From an uncultured Parabacteroides sp. (GTDB lineage Bacteria; Bacteroidota; Bacteroidia; Bacteroidales; Tannerellaceae), in assembly GCA_946055095.1 (NCBI GenBank), contig CAMGEM010000001.1, positions 1 to 56,268 of the forward strand: a stretch of 56,268 nucleotides of DNA, given 5' to 3'. Under the pieces are notes generated by a model. That model was given only the letters and a program-made list of their open reading frames with translations. It did not search any database and had not been told where the DNA came from. The position numbers and the translations under genes are program-made. This document shows positions 35,442 through 49,435 of the stretch, one piece after another; the first letter of the stretch is position 1, and every line of letters begins with the position of its first letter.

Positions 35442-37211
35442 ATGAATAAAGTAAGCATGGATGGTGAGATCCGTATCCATTTCAGTCAGCGATTGTTTTG
35501 GGCCATCTCCGCTATGTTTTTGGTGTTTAACTCCTGTTTCTTGCTGTTTCAATACCAACGGGAAAAGGAGTTTGCGGAGGAGAAGCTGAACAACGTGTTG
35601 AGTAATTATAACTACCAGCTATTCCGCAAATGTCTGAATAGTAATGATATTGCGCTCACTGTTGAGGAGTTTATGCAGGATATTCCGCAGCACGACCTGC
35701 GCGTGACGATCATTGATCCCTCAGGCCATGTGCTTTTCGATAACAGCGGAACGGATGAATTAGACAACCACAACGATCGAAGCGAGGTGAAGAAAGCACG
35801 CTTGCAAAACGAGGGATTTGCCATACGCTCCTCCTCCTCTACCGGCAAGCGTTATTTCTACTCCGCCTCCAATATTGGTGGTTACATCTACCGATCCGCT
35901 TTGCAGTATGATCCTTATGTGAAGGCTGTGCTCAAGATAAACATGGATTTTGCCTATTTCATGGGGGTGATGACCTTGATTCTCTTCTTGGTGCTCTCTC
36001 GTTTTACCATGAGCATCGGCAAGACCATCTCTAAATTAAGGGATTTCGCCCGGACAGCCGAGAAGGAGCAGATGCCTGATCTGGATTACGTATTCCCGAA
36101 CGACGAGTTAGGCGACATCGCCAAGAACATTGTCACGCTCTACCACCAGCAACAACGATCCAAATATACGCTCTCTATGGAGAGAGAGAAATTGGTGAAG
36201 CATTTTCAGTATTCGAAGGAGGGTTTCGCCATGTTTGGTGCCGACGGTCGGGAGATTCTTTCCAATATCCTCTTTATCCAGTTCATGAACGTGATCTCCG
36301 ACACGCAATTGCATTATGTGGAAGAGGCGATTGAGATGCCTGAGTTAGAGCAGATCCACACGTTTATAGTCAAGAATAGCCATGATCCGAACCGCAAGAA
36401 AAAGGTGTTGCGCAATTCGTTGACTATCGACAAGAACGGCAAGATCTTCTTGATCGAGTGCATTCTCTTCTTGGATCGCTCCTATGAGATCTCCATCAAC
36501 GACATCAGTCGCCAAGAGGAAGAGAGCCGCATGAAACGGCAGCTGACGCAGAATGTCTCCCACGAGTTGAAAACCCCTGTCAGCAGCATCCAAGGCTACT
36601 TAGAGACCATCTTGTCGAATCCGGACCTGGATCCCGAGCGATGCCGTTTCTTCTTGGAGCGTTGTTACTCGCAAAGCTCACGGCTCACGGGTCTGCTGCG
36701 TGACATCTCCGTCTTGAATCGCCTCGATGAAGCCTCTACCCTATTCGACTTGACCGAGGTGAATATCCCGACGCTGTTGGCAGAGATTGAGAAGGAGTGC
36801 TCGCAAGAGATGGAAATCCGTCACATCACTTCCGAAGTGATCTTGCCGGGCAATCCGACGATCATCGGAAACAATTCGCTCCTCTACTCGATCTTCCGTA
36901 ATCTCTACGACAATGCGATTGCCTATGCGGGTGAAGGAGTCAAGATCACGGTGAATTGCTATAAGGAGGATCCGAAGTATTACTATTTCAGCTTCTCCGA
37001 CAACGGTGTAGGTATCGCTCCGGAGCATATCAATCGCATCTTCGAGCGTTTCTACCGGGTGGATAAGGGACGAAGCCGCAAGATGGGTGGCACAGGTTTG
37101 GGACTCTCCATCGTGAAGAACAGCGTTCAGTTCCATAAAGGCCAGATCTCTGCCAAGAGCAGTCCCGGTCGAGGAGTCACCTTCTTCTTTACCTTGAAAA
37201 AGAAGATCTAA
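35442..37211 (+). CDS. Sensor histidine kinase (PhoR/RprX-like)
   Basis: 2 TM, HAMP 'DELG', H-box SHELKTP, N-box NLYDNA, DNGVGI, FERFYRVDK, GTGLGL. Confidence 0.93.
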   Translation: MNKVSMDGEIRIHFSQRLFWAISAMFLVFNSCFLLFQYQREKEFAEEKLNNVLSNYNYQLFRKCLNSNDIALTVEEFMQDIPQHDLRVTIIDPSGHVLFDNSGTDELDNHNDRSEVKKARLQNEGFAIRSSSSTGKRYFYSASNIGGYIYRSALQYDPYVKAVLKINMDFAYFMGVMTLILFLVLSRFTMSIGKTISKLRDFARTAEKEQMPDLDYVFPNDELGDIAKNIVTLYHQQQRSKYTLSMEREKLVKHFQYSKEGFAMFGADGREILSNILFIQFMNVISDTQLHYVEEAIEMPELEQIHTFIVKNSHDPNRKKKVLRNSLTIDKNGKIFLIECILFLDRSYEISINDISRQEEESRMKRQLTQNVSHELKTPVSSIQGYLETILSNPDLDPERCRFFLERCYSQSSRLTGLLRDISVLNRLDEASTLFDLTEVNIPTLLAEIEKECSQEMEIRHITSEVILPGNPTIIGNNSLLYSIFRNLYDNAIAYAGEGVKITVNCYKEDPKYYYFSFSDNGVGIAPEHINRIFERFYRVDKGRSRKMGGTGLGLSIVKNSVQFHKGQISAKSSPGRGVTFFFTLKKKI

Positions 37212-37218
37212 AAAATAA

Positions 37219-37250
37219 GCCCCACGGTATAACGCTGTACACCGTGGGGC
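37219..37250. terminator. Probable bidirectional terminator between the kinase and dapA
   Basis: Perfect 10-bp inverted repeat GCCCCACGGT / ACCGTGGGGC flanked by A/T-rich sequence. Confidence 0.75.
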
Positions 37251-37278
37251 CTATTATTATCCTTTGATTAACACTTGA

Positions 37279-38172
37279 TCAACATTTGATGCTTAACTGA
37301 CGTAAGACCTCACGGATCTTCTCATAGGTGACGATGCGTGTGGGAACCAACGGCAGACGTAACTTATTCTCGATGAAGCCCATCATGCTCAACATACTCT
37401 TTGCGCCAGCGGGATTGCCATCCACGAAGAGCAGGCTGAACAACTCCGTGAAACTGTGGTGGATGGTGCGTGCGCTATCGTAATCGCCCGCCAAAGCCAA
37501 CCGCACCATACGGCTGAACTCACGTGGGAAAGCGTTACCAATCACCGAGATCACACCAATCGCTCCCAATGTCACCAAGGGGAAGGTGATGCCATCATCG
37601 CCGGAGATCACATTGAAACGATCCGGCTTGTTCTTGATAATATCATCCATCTGCGTGATATTGCCGGAGGCCTCCTTCACCGCTACCACATTCTCGAACT
37701 CACGGGCGATGCGCAACGTGGTCTCAGCCGTCATGTTGACACCTGTGCGACCCGGTACGTTATAGAGGATGATCGGAAGTTTCGTAGCGTTAGCGATAGC
37801 CTTATAATGCTGATAAATACCCTCTTGTGAAGGTTTGTTGTAGTAGGGCACGACCGAAAGAATGGCATCAATACCCGTAAAATCACCATTTTTCAGCTGC
37901 TCTACGACATTGCGTGTGCAATTACCGCCTACACCCAATACGATGGGAATACGACCACGCACGTGGCTCACTACCAAGTCTATGATGTTTCGCTTCTCCT
38001 CCTCTGTCAGTGTAGGAGTTTCCGCTGTGGTTCCTAATACGACCAAATAATCTGTTCCATTCTGCACTTGATAATCCACCAATCGGCCAAGTGCTTCATA
38101 ATCTACACTTTCATCTTCTTTGAATGGGGTGATCAACGCTACGCCCATTCCCTTTAAATTTATATCTGCCAT
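37279..38172 (-). CDS. dapA: 4-hydroxy-tetrahydrodipicolinate synthase
   Basis: ALITPF, GTTAE, PYYNKPSQEG, LYNVPGRTG, VKEASG, SGDD, LRLPL. Confidence 0.96.
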   Translation of the reverse strand: MADINLKGMGVALITPFKEDESVDYEALGRLVDYQVQNGTDYLVVLGTTAETPTLTEEEKRNIIDLVVSHVRGRIPIVLGVGGNCTRNVVEQLKNGDFTGIDAILSVVPYYNKPSQEGIYQHYKAIANATKLPIILYNVPGRTGVNMTAETTLRIAREFENVVAVKEASGNITQMDDIIKNKPDRFNVISGDDGITFPLVTLGAIGVISVIGNAFPREFSRMVRLALAGDYDSARTIHHSFTELFSLLFVDGNPAGAKSMLSMMGFIENKLRLPLVPTRIVTYEKIREVLRQLSIKC

Positions 38173-38228
38173 GGGAAAACTCTTCCGTTTTGTAATTTAG
38201 CACCGCAAAAATAGCGAAATATTGTCAT

Positions 38229-41725
<3,497 letters not shown>

Positions 41726-41729
<4 letters not shown>

Positions 41730-42829
41730 AAGTGATAACCCCATTTCTCCAGTGCCATGCCCCAGTGTTTCTCCACCAACTGCACGGTACGGTCCTCATA
41801 CTTATATTGGTTCTTCTTGTAGCCCTTTTTCTTGCCTAAGTATTGCTCAATGGCGGCTTTCGACTCCGGGAAGCCGGGGAGCTGCAACTGCTGATAGATC
41901 TGCTCCGTCAGGGCAAAAGCGTCATGCTCGAAATCCTCAAACTTCACCTCCACCAAGTTGCCTTCGGGAATCAAATGCTTCTCCTCCTCAAACTTATAGA
42001 AGAGCCGACGATAGACCTCCAGCACGTTGGCCTCGATCTGCTCGTTGGAGATCTCCTGCAAACGCAACGGTTGGATGGTGTTCGTGAAGAAGCTACGTGT
42101 GCTCTCGAACACGGTGTAGGGATTGCGTTTCAAGTAGATAAACTTGGCATTGGGGAACATCTCCAAAAGGGTCTTCACACGGCCTGTATGCGGCGGGTTC
42201 TTGCTCAAATATTGCGAACCCTTCGTGTTCCACAAAGAGACCTTGACCAAACGCAAGAAGGTGTCTTTAAACACTTGACGCTCCTCTTCCGTGATGTCGT
42301 TGAACAACAAATACTTGTCACAATACTCCATCCAACGCTTCGGGAAGAACCAGAAGTTGTAATAGGTATAGGGCATCATGTTGGAGAGCGCGAACTCCTC
42401 CTCCTGAGGCAGGTCCACTTTCAATTCCATGTTGTCAGTCGGACGCTTATCCGGCATCAGGAACGCCATGTTCTTCTTGAAGAAGGGCTGTCCCCACAGC
42501 ATCAAGTGCGGGAAGACGGTCTGATAGGTCGTCGTGAATCCGAAATGCTTGTCGCAAGCGAACACGTTGTGCACGAAAGTCGTGCCGCTCCGCCAATGGC
42601 CCAAGATAAAGAGCGGATCCATCTCCAACGGTTTATCGGCCAGTTTCTTGTAACGGCTATCCTCCAACGGCTTCAAGCTGCTCAGTAAACGACCGACAGC
42701 GGTTGTCAACCGATACTTACCCTTGAATCGAGGGTCGATCTGCTGTCCGGCGGTCACCTTACGGAAGGTATCCCAATCCGCACCTACCAATGTATTGATT
42801 GGTAACTTATTAAATTCCAGTAATCCCAT
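41726..42829 (-). CDS. PAPS-dependent sulfotransferase
   Basis: 5'-PSB GHWRSGTT, KNPPH, 3'-PB RNPY...S; last gene of the PAPS synthesis block. Confidence 0.9.
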
Positions 42830-42840
42830 GTCGTTTACGT

Positions 42841-44280
42841 TTATTTATCGGTTATACATTTGATGGGTAACCCCTGATTGTTCAATGCCTCACAGACTTG
42901 GCGGATGGCCTCGTAGTGAATCGGGTCAATACCCATTTCCGGCAGGTTGAGCACAGCCAAGGCCTCCTCGCTCACCATATCCTTCGCGTCAACCCGGTCG
43001 ATAATCATACCGACAGCGGATGTGTTGTTCGTGATCGGGTCGATCAAGATGAAGGCACCGGTCTGCTTGTTGCGGGCATAGGGATCGAAAAAGAGCTCCT
43101 TACCCGTCGTGAAGACCACCCGTCCGATCTCGTTCAGCTGCAGTTTGTCCACGGAAGAGTGCTCCATCGTGTTGACATCCACCTTGTAGCGAATGCTATC
43201 CACCCGTGCACGGGTCGTATGGGTGGTCTGCTTGATGTAGAACGACTTGTTGACATCCATCTCCTCCTCGTCCATCCAGACCAACATCGCCTCGAAATTA
43301 CGGTCCGAGATAGGCAGGTTATCGGGATGCACCAACATCTCGCCACGGGAAATGTCGATCTCATCCTCCAAGGTCAAGGTCACGCAGAGCGGCGGATAGG
43401 CACACTCCAGTTCACCGTCGTAGGTGACGATACTTTTCACCTTCGAGGTTTTCCCGGAAGGCAAGGCCATCACCGTGTCTCCCTTACGCACGACACCACT
43501 GGCCACCTTGCCACAGAAGCCACGGAAGTTCTGGTTCGGACGCAACACATACTGCACCGGGTAACGGAAATCGGTATAATTGCGATCCAAGTCGATAGGC
43601 ACGGTCTCCAAGAAATCGAGCAACGCGGGTCCCTCATACCAGGGTGTGCGTGCGCTCTTCTCCACCACATTGTCGCCATCCAACGCCGAGAGGGGGATGC
43701 AGGTGATGTCAGGAATACCGAGCGGTGCGACGAAATGCTTGTAGTCATTCACGATGCGATCGAACGTCTCCTTGTCGAAATCCACCAAGTCCATCTTGTT
43801 CACAGCCAGTACGACATGCTTGATGCCCAACAGGGAGACCAAGAAGGTGTGCCTACGGGTCTGCGTGATCACGCCCGTACGGGCATCCACTAAGATAATC
43901 GCTAAGTTCGCCGTGGAGCCACCCGTGATCATGTTGCGGGTATATTGCTCATGCCCCGGTGTGTCGGCAATGATGAACTTACGGTTGTTGGTGCTGAAAT
44001 AGCGATAGGCCACGTCGATGGTGATGCCCTGCTCCCGCTCCGCCTTCAAGCCATCTAATAACAGCGCGTAGTCGATGTGCTCACCGGCGTTGCCAACCCG
44101 TTTGCTGTCTCGCTCCAACGCATCGAGTTGATCCTCGTAAATCTTCTTGCTATCAAACAGCAACCGACCGATCAAGGTCGATTTGCCATCATCCACGGAA
44201 CCTGCGGTCAAGAAGCGAAGGAGATCCTTCTGCTCGTCCTTATCCAGAAATTCCTTGATATTTAATGCTGATTCTGCCAT
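42841..44280 (-). CDS. cysN: Sulfate adenylyltransferase subunit 1
   Basis: [36 protein letters not shown]. Confidence 0.96.
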   Translation of the reverse strand: MAESALNIKEFLDKDEQKDLLRFLTAGSVDDGKSTLIGRLLFDSKKIYEDQLDALERDSKRVGNAGEHIDYALLLDGLKAEREQGITIDVAYRYFSTNNRKFIIADTPGHEQYTRNMITGGSTANLAIILVDARTGVITQTRRHTFLVSLLGIKHVVLAVNKMDLVDFDKETFDRIVNDYKHFVAPLGIPDITCIPLSALDGDNVVEKSARTPWYEGPALLDFLETVPIDLDRNYTDFRYPVQYVLRPNQNFRGFCGKVASGVVRKGDTVMALPSGKTSKVKSIVTYDGELECAYPPLCVTLTLEDEIDISRGEMLVHPDNLPISDRNFEAMLVWMDEEEMDVNKSFYIKQTTHTTRARVDSIRYKVDVNTMEHSSVDKLQLNEIGRVVFTTGKELFFDPYARNKQTGAFILIDPITNNTSAVGMIIDRVDAKDMVSEEALAVLNLPEMGIDPIHYEAIRQVCEALNNQGLPIKCITDK

Positions 44281-44294
44281 GTTGTCTCCTCCGC

Positions 44295-45203
44295 TTAAAA
44301 ATAACCTTCCCGTTTCTTTTGCTCCATGCTCGCGTCTTGATCGAAGTCGATCACACGTGTGGTGCGCTCACTCTTCGTCGTGGTCATCATCTCCTCCACG
44401 ATCTTCTCAATCGTGTCCGCGTCACTCTCCACGGCACCGGTCAATGGCCAGCAACCCAACGTGCGGAAACGCACCTTCCGCATCCGGATCTGATCCCGGT
44501 ATTTCTCCGGCAGACGGTCATCATCCGCCATGATCAAGTTGCCATCGATCTCCACGATCGGACGCTCCTTTGCGTAATAAAGCGGCACGATCGGGATCTG
44601 CTCCAAGCGGATATATTGCCAGATGTCTAACTCCGTCCAGTTAGAGAGCGGGAAGACACGGATGCTCTCCCCCTTGTGCACACGGGCGTTATAGATGTCC
44701 CACAGCTCCGGGCGTTGGTTTTTCGGATCCCATTGGTGGAACTTGTCACGGAAAGAGAAGATACGCTCTTTCGCACGGCTCTTCTCCTCGTCACGACGAG
44801 CGCCTCCAAAGGCCGCGTCAAACTTATACTTATCCAAGGCCTGCAACAAGGCTTGTGTTTTCATCAAGTCCGTATGCACCTTGCTCCCGTGCGTGAAGGG
44901 ACCCACACCGGCCTTGAAAGCCTCCCTATTCGACTCGACGATCAAGTTCCAACCATGCTCCTTCGCATAGCTATCACGGAAAGAGATCATCTCCTTGAAT
45001 TTCCATTTCGAATCAATGTGCATCAACGGGAAAGGCACCTTTCCCGGGGCAAAAGCCTTCTCTGCCAAGCGAACCATCACCGAGGAATCCTTGCCGATCG
45101 AATAGAGCATGACCGGATTCTCAAACTCTGCGGCTACCTCGCGGATGATATGAATGCTCTCCGCTTCCAGCTCTTGCAGGTGGCTCAATTTGTAATCTGA
45201 CAT
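44295..45203 (-). CDS. cysD: Sulfate adenylyltransferase subunit 2
   Basis: [35 protein letters not shown]. Confidence 0.97.
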   Translation of the reverse strand: MSDYKLSHLQELEAESIHIIREVAAEFENPVMLYSIGKDSSVMVRLAEKAFAPGKVPFPLMHIDSKWKFKEMISFRDSYAKEHGWNLIVESNREAFKAGVGPFTHGSKVHTDLMKTQALLQALDKYKFDAAFGGARRDEEKSRAKERIFSFRDKFHQWDPKNQRPELWDIYNARVHKGESIRVFPLSNWTELDIWQYIRLEQIPIVPLYYAKERPIVEIDGNLIMADDDRLPEKYRDQIRMRKVRFRTLGCWPLTGAVESDADTIEKIVEEMMTTTKSERTTRVIDFDQDASMEQKKREGYF

Positions 45204-45205
45204 AG

Positions 45206-45826
45206 TTATTCTTTGTTTTTTAATTGCACTTTAGGTAATATCAACGCTAACAACCGCTCGACGGATTGCTGCACGTCTAACTGCGTGGTGTCGAGCGTAA
45301 GCGCCGGATTAGCCGGTTCCTCAAACGGGGCGGAGATGCCGGTGAACGCCTTGATCTCGCCCTTCCGGGCCTTCGCGTACAGCCCCTTCACGTCTCGCCG
45401 CTCGCATTCGCTCAACGGGGTGCTGACATAGATCTCCAAGAAATCGTCTGGCCCGATGATGCGGGCAGCCATCTGCCGCAGGTCGTTGTTGGGGCTGATG
45501 AAAGCGGCCAACGTGATGATGCCGGTATCGACAAACAACTTGCCCACCTCGGCGATGCGACGGATATTCTCGACCCGATCCTCCGGAGAGAAACCCAGGT
45601 TGTTGTTGATGCCACTCCGGATGTTGTCGCCGTCCAAGATGCGACAGAGCAAGCCGCGCTGTTGCAACGCGCGCTCCAAGGCGATGGCCAAGGTGCTCTT
45701 TCCCGAGCCGCTCAAGCCGGTGAACCAGACCATCAAGCCCCGCTGTCCCAACAGCTGCTCTTTCGACGACCGATCGAGCATACGGTCAAAAATCGGATAA
45801 ATGTGATTCGGTGTCAAAACTTCCAT
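45206..45826 (-). CDS. cysC: Adenylyl-sulfate kinase
   Basis: [35 protein letters not shown]. Confidence 0.96.
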   Translation of the reverse strand: MEVLTPNHIYPIFDRMLDRSSKEQLLGQRGLMVWFTGLSGSGKSTLAIALERALQQRGLLCRILDGDNIRSGINNNLGFSPEDRVENIRRIAEVGKLFVDTGIITLAAFISPNNDLRQMAARIIGPDDFLEIYVSTPLSECERRDVKGLYAKARKGEIKAFTGISAPFEEPANPALTLDTTQLDVQQSVERLLALILPKVQLKNKE

Positions 45827-47367
45827 ATCAATGGGATTACAAACACGGAGATCAAGAACGTGATCAAGTTGAGCGGAAGCCCTACCTTGACAAAGTCGGT
45901 GAACTTATAGCTGCCCACACCTTGCACGATCAGGTTGGTCTGATAACCGATCGGCGTAGCGAAGCTGGCCGACGCGGCCATGCAGATCACGACAAAGAAA
46001 GGCGTAGGATCTACCCCTAACTGGGTCGCCACCGAGAGCGCGATCGGGAAGCTCAGTGCGGCTGCCGCGTTGTTGGTGATCAATTCCGTGAATAGGTTCG
46101 TAATGATGAAAATAATCGCTAAGAGGGCGTAAGGGCCGAAGCTGTCCGCCATGCTGATGATATGACGGGCGATCAAAGCCGCAAAGCCGGAGTTCTCCAT
46201 GGCCTTACTGATGGCGAACGCACAGGCGATCGTGATCAAGATGTCCCACGAGATGTATTTGGTGTATTTCTTCGGTGGGAAGATCTTGGTCCAAGCCATG
46301 ATGATGGTCGTGATGCAGACAAAGAAGAACATATCCAACCGTATGCTGGTGATGCGCTCTCTCACGAAAGGCAGCTCGCCTACCGTCGCTCCCACGATCA
46401 TGAAGATCAGCAAGCCCAAAGCTAACCAACGTTTCCGCTTGGAAACCGGCTCTTCCGATTCGCTGCCGTTCGCCAGCAACAGGAAGACACTGGACTCACC
46501 CCAGGTCGGGATGAAGGATTCGTCTGCCCAAAGCACCAAGGTGTCGCCCTCATGGAGCACCACCTTATCCAAGTCGTGGGTGAAACGCTGTCCACCGCTC
46601 TTTACCTCCTTCACGATCGCTCCATAATGGCGGGTGAAGTTAAACTCGCCCAGCGTCTTATTGATACCCGGGAAACGAGCGCCCAGCACGGCTTCCACCC
46701 GATGCAGGTGGCCTCTGTCACCCTCCTCGCTCTCCTCCTCCGCCTGTTGCTCCCGCTGGTCAGGCAACAACCGATTGGAGAAAAGGAAGAGATAGAGCAT
46801 ACCCGCCAGTGCCACGAAGATACCTACTTGCCCCAGCTCAAACATGGAGAAACCCTCATAGCCAGCCTCCAACACCATGCCGTGCACTACCAAGTTGGTG
46901 GAGGTGCCGATCAAGGTACAGATACCGCCTAAAATCGTCACGTAGGATAGCGGGATCAAGAATTTAGTGGCAGGCAAGCCAACGGATTCCGCCCAACGCT
47001 TGATGATCGGTGCGAAGATCACCACCACGGGCGTGTTATTCAAGAAAGCGGAGACAAACGCCACCGGTGGCAACATGCGGATCTGTGCTTTCAAGACCGT
47101 AGTCCGCTTGACAGGCAGCAACCGTTTGATCAACTGCCCTAACGCACCACTCTGGCGCACGCCCTCGCTCACGAGAAACAGCATACCGACCGTAATCATG
47201 CCCTTGTTGCTGAAGCCCTCTAACATCTCTTTCGGAGACAAGATGCCGATGCAGAGGAAAAAGACCACCACCGTCAGCAAGACCATGCCCGGACGCATCT
47301 TATCCCAGATGAGCGCCGCCAGCATACCGATTAAGGCCAATAAAACCAGCATGATTTCCGTTGTCAT
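45814..47367 (-). CDS. SLC13/DASS family permease with TrkA-C domain (probable sulfate importer)
   Basis: SAFLNNTP, TLIGTSTN, TE.ITNNAAA, TPIGYQTN; within the cys operon. Confidence 0.88.
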   Translation of the reverse strand: MTTEIMLVLLALIGMLAALIWDKMRPGMVLLTVVVFFLCIGILSPKEMLEGFSNKGMITVGMLFLVSEGVRQSGALGQLIKRLLPVKRTTVLKAQIRMLPPVAFVSAFLNNTPVVVIFAPIIKRWAESVGLPATKFLIPLSYVTILGGICTLIGTSTNLVVHGMVLEAGYEGFSMFELGQVGIFVALAGMLYLFLFSNRLLPDQREQQAEEESEEGDRGHLHRVEAVLGARFPGINKTLGEFNFTRHYGAIVKEVKSGGQRFTHDLDKVVLHEGDTLVLWADESFIPTWGESSVFLLLANGSESEEPVSKRKRWLALGLLIFMIVGATVGELPFVRERITSIRLDMFFFVCITTIIMAWTKIFPPKKYTKYISWDILITIACAFAISKAMENSGFAALIARHIISMADSFGPYALLAIIFIITNLFTELITNNAAAALSFPIALSVATQLGVDPTPFFVVICMAASASFATPIGYQTNLIVQGVGSYKFTDFVKVGLPLNLITFLISVFVIPLIWKF

Positions 47368-48170
47368 TTCACAATGAACCAGGGGTTATGCAAATCCTCT
47401 TTGTTATAGCGCAAAGGTGTCTTCTCGTCGATGTGATAGACCTCACAACCCGCCGCTTTCGCGATCGCATGACCGGCCGCCGTGTCCCACTCCATCGTGG
47501 GAGCGAAACGGGGATAGATATCCGCTGAGCCTTCCGCTACCAAGCAGATCTTCAGACTGCTGCCACTGCTGATCATCGTCACAGGCATGCCCTGTTTCCG
47601 CAAATTATCGACATACAAGCGGGTCTCCTCGGTCATGTGAGAACGGGAGGCCACGACCACCACTCCCTGATGGAGTTGATTGGCAGGCAATCGCTTGGCG
47701 GTGGCATGAAGCGCTTCAAAGGTAGGCTGATGGTTATAGTCAATATCCGATGCCTTGAACGCTCCCTTATCCAACGAGCCAAAGTAGAGCTCTTTACGCA
47801 CAGGCACATAAATCACGCCCGCGGTGGGAACACCATCCTCTATGAGCGCGATATTGACCGTGAACTCGCCATTCCGTTTGATGAACTCCTTGGTGCCATC
47901 TAACGGATCGACCAACCAAAACGTACGCCATTTCTTTCGCTCCTTATAGGGGATGTCCGCTCCCTCCTCGCTCAAGATGGGGAAAGGGGTCACAGAGAGT
48001 AACGCGGTGATGACCGCATGAGCGGCCTTATCCGCCCTGGTCAATGGGGAGTGGTCCGCTTTTTGCTCGATGCCGAAATCAGCCGCTGGATCCATGTAGA
48101 TGTCCATAATCGCTTTTCCGGCATCAATGGCCGCACGGATGGCCAGGTATAAATAGTTGTTGTTGCCCAT
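47364..48170 (-). CDS. cysQ: 3'(2'),5'-bisphosphate nucleotidase
   Basis: SPLT.AD, LSEE, WLVDPLDGTKEF, SRSH, GSSLK, EWDTAAG. Confidence 0.95.
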   Translation of the reverse strand: MGNNNYLYLAIRAAIDAGKAIMDIYMDPAADFGIEQKADHSPLTRADKAAHAVITALLSVTPFPILSEEGADIPYKERKKWRTFWLVDPLDGTKEFIKRNGEFTVNIALIEDGVPTAGVIYVPVRKELYFGSLDKGAFKASDIDYNHQPTFEALHATAKRLPANQLHQGVVVVASRSHMTEETRLYVDNLRKQGMPVTMISSGSSLKICLVAEGSADIYPRFAPTMEWDTAAGHAIAKAAGCEVYHIDEKTPLRYNKEDLHNPWFIVK

Positions 48171-48314
48171 GTCCACAAATATAAGTTTACTTTAGCGGGC
48201 AAATTTACGAATTTATCGCCAACTCTCCAATCCTGCATCCTCCTTTTATCGCATTCTTCGTAGAATAATTGGTCTATTTCCCCTCTTATTCACCGAAAAA
48301 CAGATAGATTCACC

Positions 48315-49382
48315 TCAAATCTTGAGAAACAACAGACAGACGGGTTTGGCGGTGTGAATGTCCTGTTCGGTGTCGTGCAAGAAACCCGTTCGCTCATCCC
48401 GGCGAAACACTTGGATGACGTTGCTGTCTCGGCAAGCGCACAATAACAATTGGCCATTGGGCGTAATGTTGAAATTGCGCGGGTGTATGCCCGTCAGCCG
48501 ATACCCCAGCTTTTCCAGCTTCCCCGATTGAGGATCGATCTCAAAGATGGAGATGCCATCTCCCCGCAACCGGTTGGAGGCATAGAGGTAACGACCATCC
48601 GGGGAGATGTGTATATCCGCGCTTCCCGCCGCCTTGAACGGGTCCGCCTCAATAAACTGGAAGGGGGTTAAGTTTCCCTCCTCGTAACGCATGGCGGCTA
48701 CCCGTCCCGACAGCTCGCTGATCAAGTAGGCCCATTGCCCATTCGGATGGAAGGTGGTGTGTCGAGGCCCCTCTCCCGCTGGCAGCGCGAACGCATCCGG
48801 CGTACCCGGTTGAGCGGTCAGCCGACGCTGTTCGGGGAGTAGGTTGTATTTATAGATCCGGTCGCACCCCAAGTCATTGCCATACAAGAAACGCTCGTCC
48901 GGCGAGGCATAGATGCAATGCAGATGGGGCTTCTCCTGCCGGGCGGAACCGGGTGTCCCACCTTGGAAGTCCATCACCTGCGCAGGCGACAGCGACCCAT
49001 CCGCGGCAATGGGGAAAAAGCTGATGTTACCACCCGTGTAGTTGGCGGTCACGGCCAATCGTCGTTGACTGTCCACCCACACGAAACAGGGATCGCTGCC
49101 CCCCGTGGGCTGCGCGTTGAGCTGGGTGAGCCTCTCCTGCTGCTTATCGAAAGCGTATGCCACTAATTGGGCCTCCGGCGTGGCGGTCTCGCTGACGGCA
49201 TACAAGAACTGTCCATCTCGGCTCAACGCCAAGTAAGAGGGGTTGAGAATACCCGAAAAGGTCTTCACGAGACGGCTTTCACCCGTCTCGCTATTTAGCT
49301 GGTAAAGAGAGATGCCGGGATCAGTAGCCTCCGCATACGATCCTACAAAGAGGTATAAATCGTAAGTATGTGATGTATCCAT
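48315..49382 (-). CDS. pgl: 6-phosphogluconolactonase (cycloisomerase-2 beta-propeller)
   Basis: NPSYL, ANY.GG, PHLH, DLG.D, GPRH, SPDG..LYASNR, PRNF; start at ATG 49382 after the -7 element TACTTTTG (49414-49421). Confidence 0.85.
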   Translation of the reverse strand: MDTSHTYDLYLFVGSYAEATDPGISLYQLNSETGESRLVKTFSGILNPSYLALSRDGQFLYAVSETATPEAQLVAYAFDKQQERLTQLNAQPTGGSDPCFVWVDSQRRLAVTANYTGGNISFFPIAADGSLSPAQVMDFQGGTPGSARQEKPHLHCIYASPDERFLYGNDLGCDRIYKYNLLPEQRRLTAQPGTPDAFALPAGEGPRHTTFHPNGQWAYLISELSGRVAAMRYEEGNLTPFQFIEADPFKAAGSADIHISPDGRYLYASNRLRGDGISIFEIDPQSGKLEKLGYRLTGIHPRNFNITPNGQLLLCACRDSNVIQVFRRDERTGFLHDTEQDIHTAKPVCLLFLKI

Positions 49383-49435
49383 GTTTTGCTGAAATATTAC
49401 GTTTGCTGTGTGCCAAAAGTATAGATTATCTTTGA

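Noticed and set aside
41843-43893. Long antisense ORFs (41843-42688, 42898-43893; also 20382-21362, 30591-31439, 51599-52453, 54034-55011)
   Set aside because: Shadow frames opposite conserved genes, expected from codon bias, with no recognisable motifs.
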